A stretch of 9,701 nt of DNA from a virus (lineage: Duplodnaviria > Heunggongvirae > Uroviricota > Caudoviricetes): positions 1 through 9,701 of the IMG/VR virus record IMGVR_UViG_2703719365_000027; one strand, written 5' to 3'. The position numbers were made by a program, and so were the translations under genes. A model generated the notes under the pieces. The model searched no databases. It was not told the DNA's origin and saw only the letters and a list, made by a program, of their open reading frames with translations. Positions 1-6,600 of this stretch are shown piece by piece. Numbering within the stretch: position 1 is the first letter of the stretch; each line of letters begins with the position of its first letter.

Positions 1-948
1 TCACTCTCCTTTGATGCGAATGCCAGCAAGCCAGTTTCTTATGCCGATATATTCAGCGTTCCTGAAACCGCTTTTTACATATATAAATGGCAAGCGAAGA
101 TTGTGACCATTGACTGCCAGGTAGTCTTTACAACCCTGTTCGGTGAAACAGCAGGTAACGAATTCATCAATATCTTTCACAGCAACGCGCCGCCATTTTT
201 CTGGTGGCTCTCGAAAGTTTTCATGAAGTAGCTCGAGACGACGACTATGGCGTTTATTGGCTTCATTGCCATCTTCGTCAACCCAGACAATCCGGTCATG
301 GTCATAATCAGCATCAACAACGATTTCGCGCTTTTGATACACACAAAACATGGGATCTGACGTTATTCGATTGTCCTGTGTTCGAATATTTTCACCGATG
401 ATGCCAAACGAATCTGGTGCAGATTTTGTCTGCATCTCTTCGATACGTTCAGCCATCGCAGCACACTCTTCAAAGTTGCTTAATGCTTTTCGCTCCCATT
501 CGGCGCATTGTTTTTCCAGTTCTGCTATGCGCTTACTTCCATCCGCGATTACTCCCTCGTAATATTCACGCTGCTCGTTGAGTTTTGATTTTGCTGCTTC
601 AAGCTCAACGCGCAGCTTCCCTACCGTAAGCGCAATATCCTCGTTCTCCTGGTCGCGGCGTTTGATGTATTGCTGGTTTCTTTCCCGTTCATCCAGAAGC
701 GCCAGCGCAACATTTGGATTAAAGGCAGCAATAAATTCAGCGTTTGCGTAAGCCTGAGCATCTGTTTCAACCAGGCAGTTAACATGACATTCTGCAATCA
801 CGCCACCGGGTTCTCCTTTCCATTTTTGACAAACAAAAACTCCTGTTATATTCCCATGCTGATTGCCCGATGTATGCCCTACGATGTAGCATCCTTTAGT
901 TGCTTTCTCTGCTGCTTCACGCAGCGCCTGATAGTCAATCTCGCTCAT
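1..948 (-). CDS. Ea22-like (ead/Ea22 family) prophage early protein, 315 aa
   Basis: Complete minus-strand ORF with ATG at 948 and TGA at 1-3. N-terminus MSEIDYQALREAAEKAT resembles the conserved N-terminal signature of ead/Ea22-like prophage proteins (from memory). Central coiled-coil-like charged region. ATGA start/stop overlap with the upstream ORF at 945-948. Confidence 0.6.
   Translation of the reverse strand: MSEIDYQALREAAEKATKGCYIVGHTSGNQHGNITGVFVCQKWKGEPGGVIAECHVNCLVETDAQAYANAEFIAAFNPNVALALLDERERNQQYIKRRDQENEDIALTVGKLRVELEAAKSKLNEQREYYEGVIADGSKRIAELEKQCAEWERKALSNFEECAAMAERIEEMQTKSAPDSFGIIGENIRTQDNRITSDPMFCVYQKREIVVDADYDHDRIVWVDEDGNEANKRHSRRLELLHENFREPPEKWRRVAVKDIDEFVTCCFTEQGCKDYLAVNGHNLRLPFIYVKSGFRNAEYIGIRNWLAGIRIKGE
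4..29. repeat. 26-bp repeat CTCTCCTTTGATGCGAATGCCAGCAA (copy A) at the 3' end of the Ea22-like gene
   Basis: 25 of 26 identical to 1751-1776. Encodes the C-terminal AGIRIKGE and the AAAGGAGAG ribosome-binding site for the next gene. Confidence 0.7.
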
Positions 949-1121
949 TCATCGCCCCACTCATCACAATATGCTTCGACCGCAGTTTTCCCTGCTTCAT
1001 AATCATCACGCCATGCTTCAGCATCAGCGGCACTTCCACCGCGTAACTCTGCATAATCCATTAACAGTTCATGCCATTCTTCAAAACTGGCGTTATATTT
1101 AGTTGAACCAAAATCAGCCAT
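945..1121 (-). CDS. small highly acidic hypothetical protein, 58 aa (MADFGSTKYN...)
   Basis: ATG at 1121 is preceded by GAGGAAGGA at good spacing. The track start at 1139 has no Shine-Dalgarno. 16 Asp/Glu versus 4 Lys/Arg. Stop overlaps the Ea22-like start (ATGA). Confidence 0.45.
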   Translation of the reverse strand: MADFGSTKYNASFEEWHELLMDYAELRGGSAADAEAWRDDYEAGKTAVEAYCDEWGDE

Positions 1122-1296
1122 TTTGTCCTTCCTCTTCATCTTTTATTTCGTGGTATGAGTAATTGCAGTGGTTAAAGAAAATTCCTTTTGCTTCGTCATG
1201 AATTTCATCAGGTGTTGCGTCATCATCTACTTCGAATACATCCTCAAAATCTCCACCAGCTATTCCCGTTTCAATAATTATTTTGAATTTTCGCAT
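1114..1296 (-). CDS. small highly acidic hypothetical protein, 60 aa
   Basis: ATG at 1296, TGA at 1114-1116, overlapping the next start by 8 nt (ATGGCTGA). 17 Asp/Glu versus 5 Lys/Arg. No strong Shine-Dalgarno, so confidence is modest. Confidence 0.4.
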   Translation of the reverse strand: MRKFKIIIETGIAGGDFEDVFEVDDDATPDEIHDEAKGIFFNHCNYSYHEIKDEEEGQNG

Positions 1297-1389
1297 TTCA
1301 CTACCGCCATTTCGAACGGCCTCCTGATGTTCTGAGGGTGCAGAAATCCCTCCGGTTAAGGATTAAATTTTTAACAGTGCTAAATTTAA

Positions 1390-1746
1390 TTATTCAGTTC
1401 TTGATTTTGCCGCCCTGCGTATCCGCGCTTTCGCGTTACGCTCAATCTGAATTAGCTTTTCTATATTTTTCCGCCTTTCCTGTTCCTCCTGTCGCAATAG
1501 CCTTACGTCATCTGCCAGTCTGGTTTCTCTTTTCGCCACAGAGAGCATCCAGTCAAACGGCTCCACAACTGCACCGCAGATTTTACAACGGACCTGACGC
1601 TCTTTTTCGTCAACCCGGACAGAGGCGTGATGACAATATGGTCTTTCCGATGGCTCATAAAGAAAATTAACCTGATTACGTGGGTCATCCTCTTTTACCG
1701 GAAATAAAACAATATTACTTAACTCATCTTCTGGTTTGATTTCCAT
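1390..1746 (-). CDS. hypothetical zinc-ribbon-like protein with basic coiled-coil tail, 118 aa
   Basis: ATG at 1746 is preceded by AAAGGAGAGGAG. The track start at 1779 is GTG with no Shine-Dalgarno. Cys/His cluster (CHH ... CKIC) followed by an Arg/Lys/Glu-rich C-terminus. Start overlaps the upstream ORF by 23 nt. Confidence 0.5.
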   Translation of the reverse strand: MEIKPEDELSNIVLFPVKEDDPRNQVNFLYEPSERPYCHHASVRVDEKERQVRCKICGAVVEPFDWMLSVAKRETRLADDVRLLRQEEQERRKNIEKLIQIERNAKARIRRAAKSRTE

Positions 1747-2188
1747 GCTCCTCTCCTTTGATGCGAATACCAGCAACACGTAGTACGTGCTCTAAATCAG
1801 CCAGATAAATCCAGCAGCCATTTTCTTTAGGTATCATGACGTGGCGCTCATCAGCATTTATCGGATGTCCATATCGAAGGCCGTAGCGAGTCGGTAAATG
1901 AACTTCCCGCGCTTCCAGCTCTTTAACGCGCTCCTCGAGTGCGTAGACTCTGCATTGTTCTTCATCATCAATCAGATATAACCCTAGACATTCGCTTTCT
2001 ACCCAGCCACCGAAATCATGATCGTAACGCTCACACGAAAACTCACCATCGCTGTCCTTTGTTGGAATGGTGTAACTGTCTAATGGGCCACCATACGTCG
2101 GTACATTTCCCAATTTCGGATGCTCAATCCACATGAAAAATGCACGTCCGGTTATTGGGCAAATATCTGGTCGCCATTGGTTACTCAC
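1724..2188 (-). CDS. hypothetical protein whose C-terminus resembles the Ea22-like C-terminal module (DUF551-like, tentative), about 154 aa
   Basis: ORF open from 2215. I prefer GTG at 2188 because AGGAGG lies 6 nt upstream. C-terminal ...VAGIRIKGE is shared with the Ea22-like ORF (...LAGIRIKGE), and a YDHD motif is also shared. Confidence 0.5.
   Translation of the reverse strand: MSNQWRPDICPITGRAFFMWIEHPKLGNVPTYGGPLDSYTIPTKDSDGEFSCERYDHDFGGWVESECLGLYLIDDEEQCRVYALEERVKELEAREVHLPTRYGLRYGHPINADERHVMIPKENGCWIYLADLEHVLRVAGIRIKGEEHGNQTRR
1751..1776. repeat. 26-bp repeat (copy B) at the 3' end of the 1724-2188 gene
   Basis: 25 of 26 identical to 4-29. Identity stops abruptly on both sides. Confidence 0.7.
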
Positions 2189-2480
2189 TGTTTGCCTCCT
2201 GGAAAATAACTGCATGCCCCAGCTTCTCCGCCAGTGCCAGTTCTGCCTTAGCGCCTGCCGACCGCTGCCAGCCTTTCAGCATGTAAATCGCATCCACGCA
2301 GCGTATCATTGACATGCAAATATCCATGTAGTGCGGCTGTGTCAGCCCGTCCGGAAGTACTGCCGGGTTTAAGACTGTATGCCCTTCCCGTTTCAGTTCC
2401 TCTTCCGCCTTGTGGAACGCCTCACGGTTGAAATTTTTATACCCGGTCATCGGACCGGCGATATAAACCCTCACCCTCAC
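2181..2480 (-). CDS. DUF4406-type protein (nucleoside 2-deoxyribosyltransferase-like fold), 99 aa
   Basis: GTG start at 2480 with AGGAGGTGA 5 nt upstream. GTGA overlap with the upstream stop. N-terminal VYIAGPMTGY...N motif is typical of the deoxyribosyltransferase-like/DUF4406 family (from memory). Confidence 0.55.
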   Translation of the reverse strand: MRVRVYIAGPMTGYKNFNREAFHKAEEELKREGHTVLNPAVLPDGLTQPHYMDICMSMIRCVDAIYMLKGWQRSAGAKAELALAEKLGHAVIFQEANSE

Positions 2481-2869
2481 TCCATCACCTCCTGAAAATT
2501 ACCCCGATAGAACGCCAGCACACGCTGCATAACTTCGCTCTGGCGGCACTCACGACAAATTATGTTCTGCCGTCTGTTGTAACGACGTATTTCTCCGTCA
2601 GGTAACTTTCGAATCAGTGTCGGGTCAGCAGCCTTCTCCGGTGTCTTACGCCATACGCGATACGCCTGCTCTGATAGAAATACCCCGCAACCAGAGAGCC
2701 AGACATCACCACTGGCCGCAAGCGCACCAGATAAACGACGAATAGCGGTCTTACTGACACCCGTTTTATCTGCCAGTTGTCGAAAAGTTTCTCGTCCGCT
2801 CAGGCGCACGAATTCCACAATGCGCGCCCTCACTTCTTCCCGCTCTTCTGGTGTAAATACTTTTGCCAT
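2477..2869 (-). CDS. hypothetical protein with probable winged-helix segment, 130 aa
   Basis: ATG at 2869 with GGAGG 5 nt upstream. The track start at 2884 is TTG. Segment FRQLADKTGVSKTAIRRL is HTH-like. Cys pair CRECRQ. Confidence 0.5.
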   Translation of the reverse strand: MAKVFTPEEREEVRARIVEFVRLSGRETFRQLADKTGVSKTAIRRLSGALAASGDVWLSGCGVFLSEQAYRVWRKTPEKAADPTLIRKLPDGEIRRYNRRQNIICRECRQSEVMQRVLAFYRGNFQEVME

Positions 2870-2884
2870 AAGCGCCTCCGGCAA

Positions 2885-3655
2885 TCACTTTTCCGACACA
2901 ATACGACCGGATGAATCGACAATCTGCCGAACAATATCCCGGTGCTTGTTCAGCTCCCGCAGCGCGGCGCAGACACGCTCCCACTTCTGAACCTGACCTT
3001 TTGCCCGGCGCAGCTCGCGGTTTGCCATTTGCAGCGATGGTAAAATCAGGTCATTGGCTCGCGTTTCAGTGAACGATGGTAGTAACTGCACAATGTCCCC
3101 CACAGTATCTGTTTTAATTTCTTCCTGTGTTGCCGCTTCCCGGACTGGTAACGCAGCACCTGCTGGCTGAGGAAAGGCCTTACCATCACTTTCCGTTACC
3201 AGCGCGGCTTTCGGCTCTGCTGGTAAATTATCGCCCGGCATGCAGTAACGAAATCCACCGTTCTGATTAACGCGTGCCAGCCGCCCCGTTGCGGTTACCA
3301 CCGCCAGCGTGGAAGCAACCTTGCGAGTACTGACACCGAACTTACCCGCTATTTCTTCACAGGTTTTAGCCCCCTCCTGAGCGATAAACTCAATCATCAT
3401 GTTAGCGCTAACTTTTGGAGCGACCTCTTCGGTCAGCATATTCTGTGTTTCAGATTTTACTGGCCGCTCTTCGGTTACCCGGGATTCACCTTCGACAGCC
3501 AGAAACCAGGTGTGACCCGTTTTATCAACAACGCCATTTTTTTTGAGCTCCCACAGTTCGTTCAGCACTTCTTCACGACTGATATCAAGTCGAGCAGCAA
3601 GTTCTATGGATGTGGCTTTTCCCATTGCTTTCAGTGCGTCAAAAACAGTCTCCAT
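2885..3655 (-). CDS. phage-associated winged-helix DNA-binding protein (DUF1627-like, tentative), 256 aa
   Basis: ATG at 3655 with GGGAGA upstream. The track start at 3688 is TTG. N-terminal ~60 aa look like a winged helix ([28 protein letters not shown]); a second HTH-like stretch sits mid-protein; C-terminus is coiled-coil. Immediately downstream of the DnaC-like gene. Confidence 0.5.
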   Translation of the reverse strand: METVFDALKAMGKATSIELAARLDISREEVLNELWELKKNGVVDKTGHTWFLAVEGESRVTEERPVKSETQNMLTEEVAPKVSANMMIEFIAQEGAKTCEEIAGKFGVSTRKVASTLAVVTATGRLARVNQNGGFRYCMPGDNLPAEPKAALVTESDGKAFPQPAGAALPVREAATQEEIKTDTVGDIVQLLPSFTETRANDLILPSLQMANRELRRAKGQVQKWERVCAALRELNKHRDIVRQIVDSSGRIVSEK

Positions 3656-3677
3656 TAAATTTTTCTCCCGGTAAAAA

Positions 3678-4424
3678 TTACTTCGCAATTCCTAGCTGGA
3701 CGACATTCGGACGCCAGCTCTCCCAGTTAAAATTCACCCATCGCCCGCCGTTCATGGTCATGCGATCCATAATCCGCTCGCCGAGCAATGTTTTCATGGC
3801 CTCATAGTTCAGGTTTGTCAGCATCCCCACGCTGCGCATCGAAGCTGTCCGGCGATCAACAATCTGGTGCAGTACCACCTGCTCGTTTTTCGTCTCACGC
3901 TGGATGCCAATTTCGTCAAGAACCAGGAGGTCCACTTCGCACAGTTCACGCAAAAATTTTTCGCCTGACTGCCCGTCGTCATAGCTGGCGTGCAGGGCGC
4001 TCATAACATCAGCCACGGTAACCACAATCACTGTCTGACCGTCTTTCAGCAGGCGATTCCCGATAGCTGCCGCTAAGTGATTCTTCCCGGTACCAGGTTT
4101 TCCGCTGAACGCAAAATTTGTATACCCAGTCATCAGTTCATCAGCGATGGATTTCGCCTGGCTTAACGCGTATCGCTGGCCGTCGTTCTGCACCTGGTAA
4201 TTCGCAAACGAGCATTTACGGTGCAACGGCTGGATGCCAGAGCGATTCAGAATTTTTTCCACCCGCAACTGACGATTCAGACGGTTGATCTCCTCGCAAC
4301 GTTTCTGGCCTTCAGTAAGTTGCCACTCACGCCACTCCGCAACCGTTCTGAATGGGGCGGTTACATGTGGTGGGGTCAGTCTGCGGATACGCTCCAGAAC
4401 GCCGCCTGTCGCAATATTTTTCAT
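3678..4424 (-). CDS. DnaC/IstB-like AAA+ helicase loader, 248 aa
   Basis: Walker [12 protein letters not shown] and Walker B LLVLDEIG. Size and motifs fit phage DnaC-like loaders. Sits directly downstream of the replication initiator gene. Confidence 0.85.
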   Translation of the reverse strand: MKNIATGGVLERIRRLTPPHVTAPFRTVAEWREWQLTEGQKRCEEINRLNRQLRVEKILNRSGIQPLHRKCSFANYQVQNDGQRYALSQAKSIADELMTGYTNFAFSGKPGTGKNHLAAAIGNRLLKDGQTVIVVTVADVMSALHASYDDGQSGEKFLRELCEVDLLVLDEIGIQRETKNEQVVLHQIVDRRTASMRSVGMLTNLNYEAMKTLLGERIMDRMTMNGGRWVNFNWESWRPNVVQLGIAK

Positions 4425-4430
4425 GGTCTG

Positions 4431-5219
4431 TTACCCCCTGAAGCCTGGCGGGATCGCACTGTCCGGCAACGAGACGGTGTTAACCTGTCGGAGCAACGTC
4501 TCAGGCCGAACACCTTTCGGTGCGAACAAGCCCTGGTATTCATTGGCGATGCTGTGTCGAATCACCTGCTCAGGTGTAAAACCCTGCTGACGGAATTTTT
4601 CCAGTTCCCGTATCGCCCCGTTAGCGCCCTGCTCCGTTCGAATCGGTTTTCGCAATGCCTGCCTGAACTGAACCCACTCATGCCAGAGTGTTTCCGGCAA
4701 CCAGTCAGGCAGCTCGATAGCCTCCGGCTCGAATTTTTTAGACGCTCGTTTTTGGCGAGGGGGATTTAGGGGGAGATCAGTATTTATATCTTCCTCTTCC
4801 TCTTCCTCTGGTAACGCTTTTTGATCCGTTTGTGTAACGCTGGCAGCGTTACCTTTTCGTTTCAGTTCGCGTATTTTTGTAACTCGCTCGTTTGTAACCG
4901 CCCGTTTTTTAGAGCTTTTCCCGTTATGACGTTCAAAGTTAGGTAGAGAAAGCCCACCGTCATTTTCGACCAGCCATCCAACCTGAATTAACGCATCAGC
5001 AAAACCAGCCATAAAAGTGATGCGATCTATTGCACTTTTTGTAACGCCGCGAGCGTTACAATCTGCATTACCGTCTATCATTTGTTGATCCGCCCATGCC
5101 CAGAAGCGAATAACCTTCCCTAATGCGGCATCTGGATCAATATTCAGAATCTCAGCAAGCCTGAATATTTCCGGCTTATCCGGCGTAATAACCTCGAGCT
5201 TTATCCAGTTTGAAGCCAT
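4431..5219 (-). CDS. phage replication initiation/primosomal protein (C-terminal region DnaT-like, tentative), 262 aa
   Basis: ATG at 5219 with AAGGTGA upstream. Sits ahead of the DnaC-like gene as in lambdoid replication modules. Internal poly-Glu linker (EEEEEED). The gene body carries palindromic repeats (see repeat features). Confidence 0.6.
   Translation of the reverse strand: MASNWIKLEVITPDKPEIFRLAEILNIDPDAALGKVIRFWAWADQQMIDGNADCNARGVTKSAIDRITFMAGFADALIQVGWLVENDGGLSLPNFERHNGKSSKKRAVTNERVTKIRELKRKGNAASVTQTDQKALPEEEEEEDINTDLPLNPPRQKRASKKFEPEAIELPDWLPETLWHEWVQFRQALRKPIRTEQGANGAIRELEKFRQQGFTPEQVIRHSIANEYQGLFAPKGVRPETLLRQVNTVSLPDSAIPPGFRG
4834..4852. repeat. 19-bp palindrome GTAACGCT-GGC-AGCGTTAC (copy 1), with extra half-site GGTAACGCT at 4810-4818
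   Basis: Perfect 8-bp arms. Lies inside the replication initiator coding sequence. Confidence 0.7.
5041..5059. repeat. 19-bp palindrome GTAACGC-CGCGA-GCGTTAC (copy 2)
   Basis: 7-bp perfect arms. Lies inside the replication initiator coding sequence. Confidence 0.65.
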
Positions 5220-5232
5220 TTGTTTTCACCTT

Positions 5233-5251
5233 GTAACGCTCGCAGCGTTAC
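5233..5251. repeat. 19-bp palindrome GTAACGCT-CGC-AGCGTTAC (copy 3)
   Basis: Perfect 8-bp arms. Intergenic, 14 bp upstream of the replication initiator start codon, directly abutting its ribosome-binding site. Confidence 0.7.
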
Positions 5252-5296
5252 ATTTAACTGATACCGAACAAAACAATCCGGCACGATTAATTTCAA

Positions 5297-5719
5297 TCAA
5301 TGCACTACGACAGAATCGCCGGGCGACCCACCACCGCTGAAATGTGCTTTCCGGTAAACGGCCTGGACTGCATCATCATGCGCATCAATTGCCGTACTCA
5401 ACGCTTCCTGCGCCGCCAGTAATGCACGGCGTTCCAGGGTATCGAAGATGCAGAGTCGGTGACGCAGCTCGCGCGGAATAATTGCCAGAACCGCAGGGAT
5501 CAGTTTCTGAATTTTTTCCCTTTGCGCTTTCGTTTCACCTTTCAACCAACGGTGATAGATATTCTGCTGATTGTTCCAGTCCTTGCCTGGTACAAGGGGC
5601 AATTCGCCGCCCCCCTGGCGCAGATATTCTTCAGTAATTGCGTTAGCGACCCACGCCTGCCCTTTTTCGGCTGCCAGGGCTAACAACACTGATTCGATGT
5701 GCTCATGCCTGATTTTCAT
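5297..5719 (-). CDS. CII-like regulator, YdaT-family candidate, 140 aa
   Basis: ATGA overlap with the Cro-like gene stop (5716-5719), implying translational coupling. Second gene of the rightward-equivalent operon, same size as Rac YdaT (from memory). Confidence 0.5.
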   Translation of the reverse strand: MKIRHEHIESVLLALAAEKGQAWVANAITEEYLRQGGGELPLVPGKDWNNQQNIYHRWLKGETKAQREKIQKLIPAVLAIIPRELRHRLCIFDTLERRALLAAQEALSTAIDAHDDAVQAVYRKAHFSGGGSPGDSVVVH

Positions 5720-5958
5720 GAATCAACCGCTCCTATGCTGTTTTCGCTATGCTTACCGTCTGGGGGGAATACATCGTCAAGTCCACAATGAGCGCCAAGC
5801 CGATTAAGGGTAGAAACAATTTTTCTGCACTCCTCTAGTCCAGGGGTACGAAAATTTGCTTCGTAATTTGCCAGTCGGCTTTGTATCCACCCTAACTGAA
5901 CAGCAAGTTGTCTTTGAGACAGCCCAAGCTGTTTTCGATATGTTGAAATTTTGTTCAT
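5716..5958 (-). CDS. Cro-like XRE-family HTH regulator, 80 aa
   Basis: ATG at 5958 with GGAGG 6 nt upstream. HTH LGLSQRQLAVQLGWIQSRLANYEA. Divergent from the repressor gene across a 96-bp operator region. Confidence 0.7.
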   Translation of the reverse strand: MNKISTYRKQLGLSQRQLAVQLGWIQSRLANYEANFRTPGLEECRKIVSTLNRLGAHCGLDDVFPPDGKHSENSIGAVDS

Positions 5959-5978
5959 TGAAAACCTCCGATGACAAT

Positions 5979-6007
5979 TTTAAACACATCCTGTGTTATA
6001 TGGTCAA
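5979..6007 (-). promoter_or_regulatory. candidate PR-like sigma70 promoter for the Cro-like operon (TTGACC-17 bp-TTTAAA)
   Basis: Reading the minus strand: -35 TTGACC (plus 6002-6007), 17-bp spacer containing the AACACA-N3-TGTGTT operator, -10 TTTAAA (plus 5979-5984). The resulting leader is short (~14 nt). Confidence 0.4.
5983..5997. promoter_or_regulatory. operator-like inverted repeat AACACA-TCC-TGTGTT
   Basis: Perfect 6-bp arms with a 3-bp spacer inside the divergent intergenic region. The same motif family recurs at the rightward early promoter (6559-6573 and 6582-6596). Confidence 0.5.
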
Positions 6008-6029
6008 GCTGTTTTGTGTTTTATGTAAA

Positions 6030-6042
6030 TCACGATTCGTGA
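6030..6042. promoter_or_regulatory. perfect 13-bp palindrome TCACGA-T-TCGTGA just upstream of the repressor ribosome-binding site
   Basis: Seen directly. It is a different motif from the AACACA/TGTGTT sites, so it may bind a second regulator. Confidence 0.4.
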
Positions 6043-6054
6043 TACAAGGATGCA

Positions 6055-6474
6055 ATGGAAAAAGAAAACGAAAAAATTGCCGCTAGTAGGCTCAATGACA
6101 AAATTGCAATGCGTCTTAAAGAGCGCAGGCAGAAGCTTGGTTTATCTCAAGGAAAACTTGCTGAAATCTGCGGATGGACGCAATCGCGTATAGGTAACTA
6201 TGAGGCGGGCAGCAGAAATGTTGGAGTGCATGACGCTGTCGTATTGGGAAAGGCACTTGGCATATCTCCTCCTGAGCTCCTCTTTGGAGAACAGGAATCT
6301 TCTGAATTGTGGTTAAATGAATCCCAACGAAAACTTCTTGAGTTGTTTAACCAGCTACCGGGCTCAGAACAACAACGAATGATTGAGCTATTTGAAGTCC
6401 GGCTAAAAGAAATCGATGAGTATGTAGAAAAATATTTGAGAGGCAGGCTTAAAGATAATCCCCTACCGGAGTAA
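6055..6474 (+). CDS. prophage repressor, XRE/cI-like HTH without peptidase domain (RacR/DicA-type), 139 aa
   Basis: ATG at 6055 with AAGGA upstream. HTH LGLSQGKLAEICGWTQSRIGNYEA. No S24 peptidase Ser/Lys motif and too short to carry one. Divergent from the Cro-like gene and followed by an intrinsic terminator. Confidence 0.8.
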   Translation: MEKENEKIAASRLNDKIAMRLKERRQKLGLSQGKLAEICGWTQSRIGNYEAGSRNVGVHDAVVLGKALGISPPELLFGEQESSELWLNESQRKLLELFNQLPGSEQQRMIELFEVRLKEIDEYVEKYLRGRLKDNPLPE

Positions 6475-6503
6475 TGATCTTGCTATCACAGTAATATGCC
6501 AAT

Positions 6504-6530
6504 CAGCCCGCTATCAGCGGGCTTTTTTTG
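6504..6530 (+). terminator. intrinsic terminator after the repressor gene
   Basis: Stem AGCCCGC / GCGGGCT (7 bp) with loop TATCA, followed by TTTTTTT. Confidence 0.75.
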
Positions 6531-6558
6531 TACCATCATCATATGACACCCACCCTAA

Positions 6559-6573
6559 AACACATTTCGTGTT
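6559..6573. promoter_or_regulatory. operator-like site AACACA-TTT-CGTGTT overlapping the -35 of the rightward early promoter
   Basis: Same 6-3-6 geometry as the site at 5983-5997, with 11 of 12 arm positions matching. Confidence 0.45.
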
Positions 6574-6600
6574 GACATAAGAAAACGTATTGTGTTTAAT
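6572..6600 (+). promoter_or_regulatory. near-consensus sigma70 promoter (pL-like): TTGACA-17 bp-TTTAAT
   Basis: -35 TTGACA at 6572-6577, exact 17-bp spacer, -10 TTTAAT at 6595-6600. A second degenerate operator AAAACG-TAT-TGTGTT (6582-6596) overlaps the -10. Drives the ydaF-like to recE operon. Confidence 0.6.

Noticed and set aside
1253-1260. Chi site (GCTGGTGG on the minus strand)
   Set aside because: A single 8-mer. It may matter for RecBCD, but one copy per 10 kb is not clearly above the known genomic over-representation of Chi in E. coli.
1297-1389. GAGGG...CCCTC hairpin in the intergenic region, considered as a terminator
   Set aside because: Stem is only 5 bp and no U-run follows on either strand, so I do not call a terminator.
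1724-3688. Longer ORF-track starts at 1779, 2215, 2884 and 3688 (and 1139 for the small acidic gene)
   Set aside because: These are TTG/GTG codons or ATGs without a Shine-Dalgarno. Downstream starts at 1746, 2188, 2869, 3655 and 1121 have strong ribosome-binding sites at proper spacing. The choice is a judgement call.
4221-4769. 182-aa plus-strand ORF spanning the DnaC-like start and the replication gene end
   Set aside because: Antisense to two well-supported genes, Arg/Leu-rich low-complexity translation, no ribosome-binding site. Typical shadow ORF.
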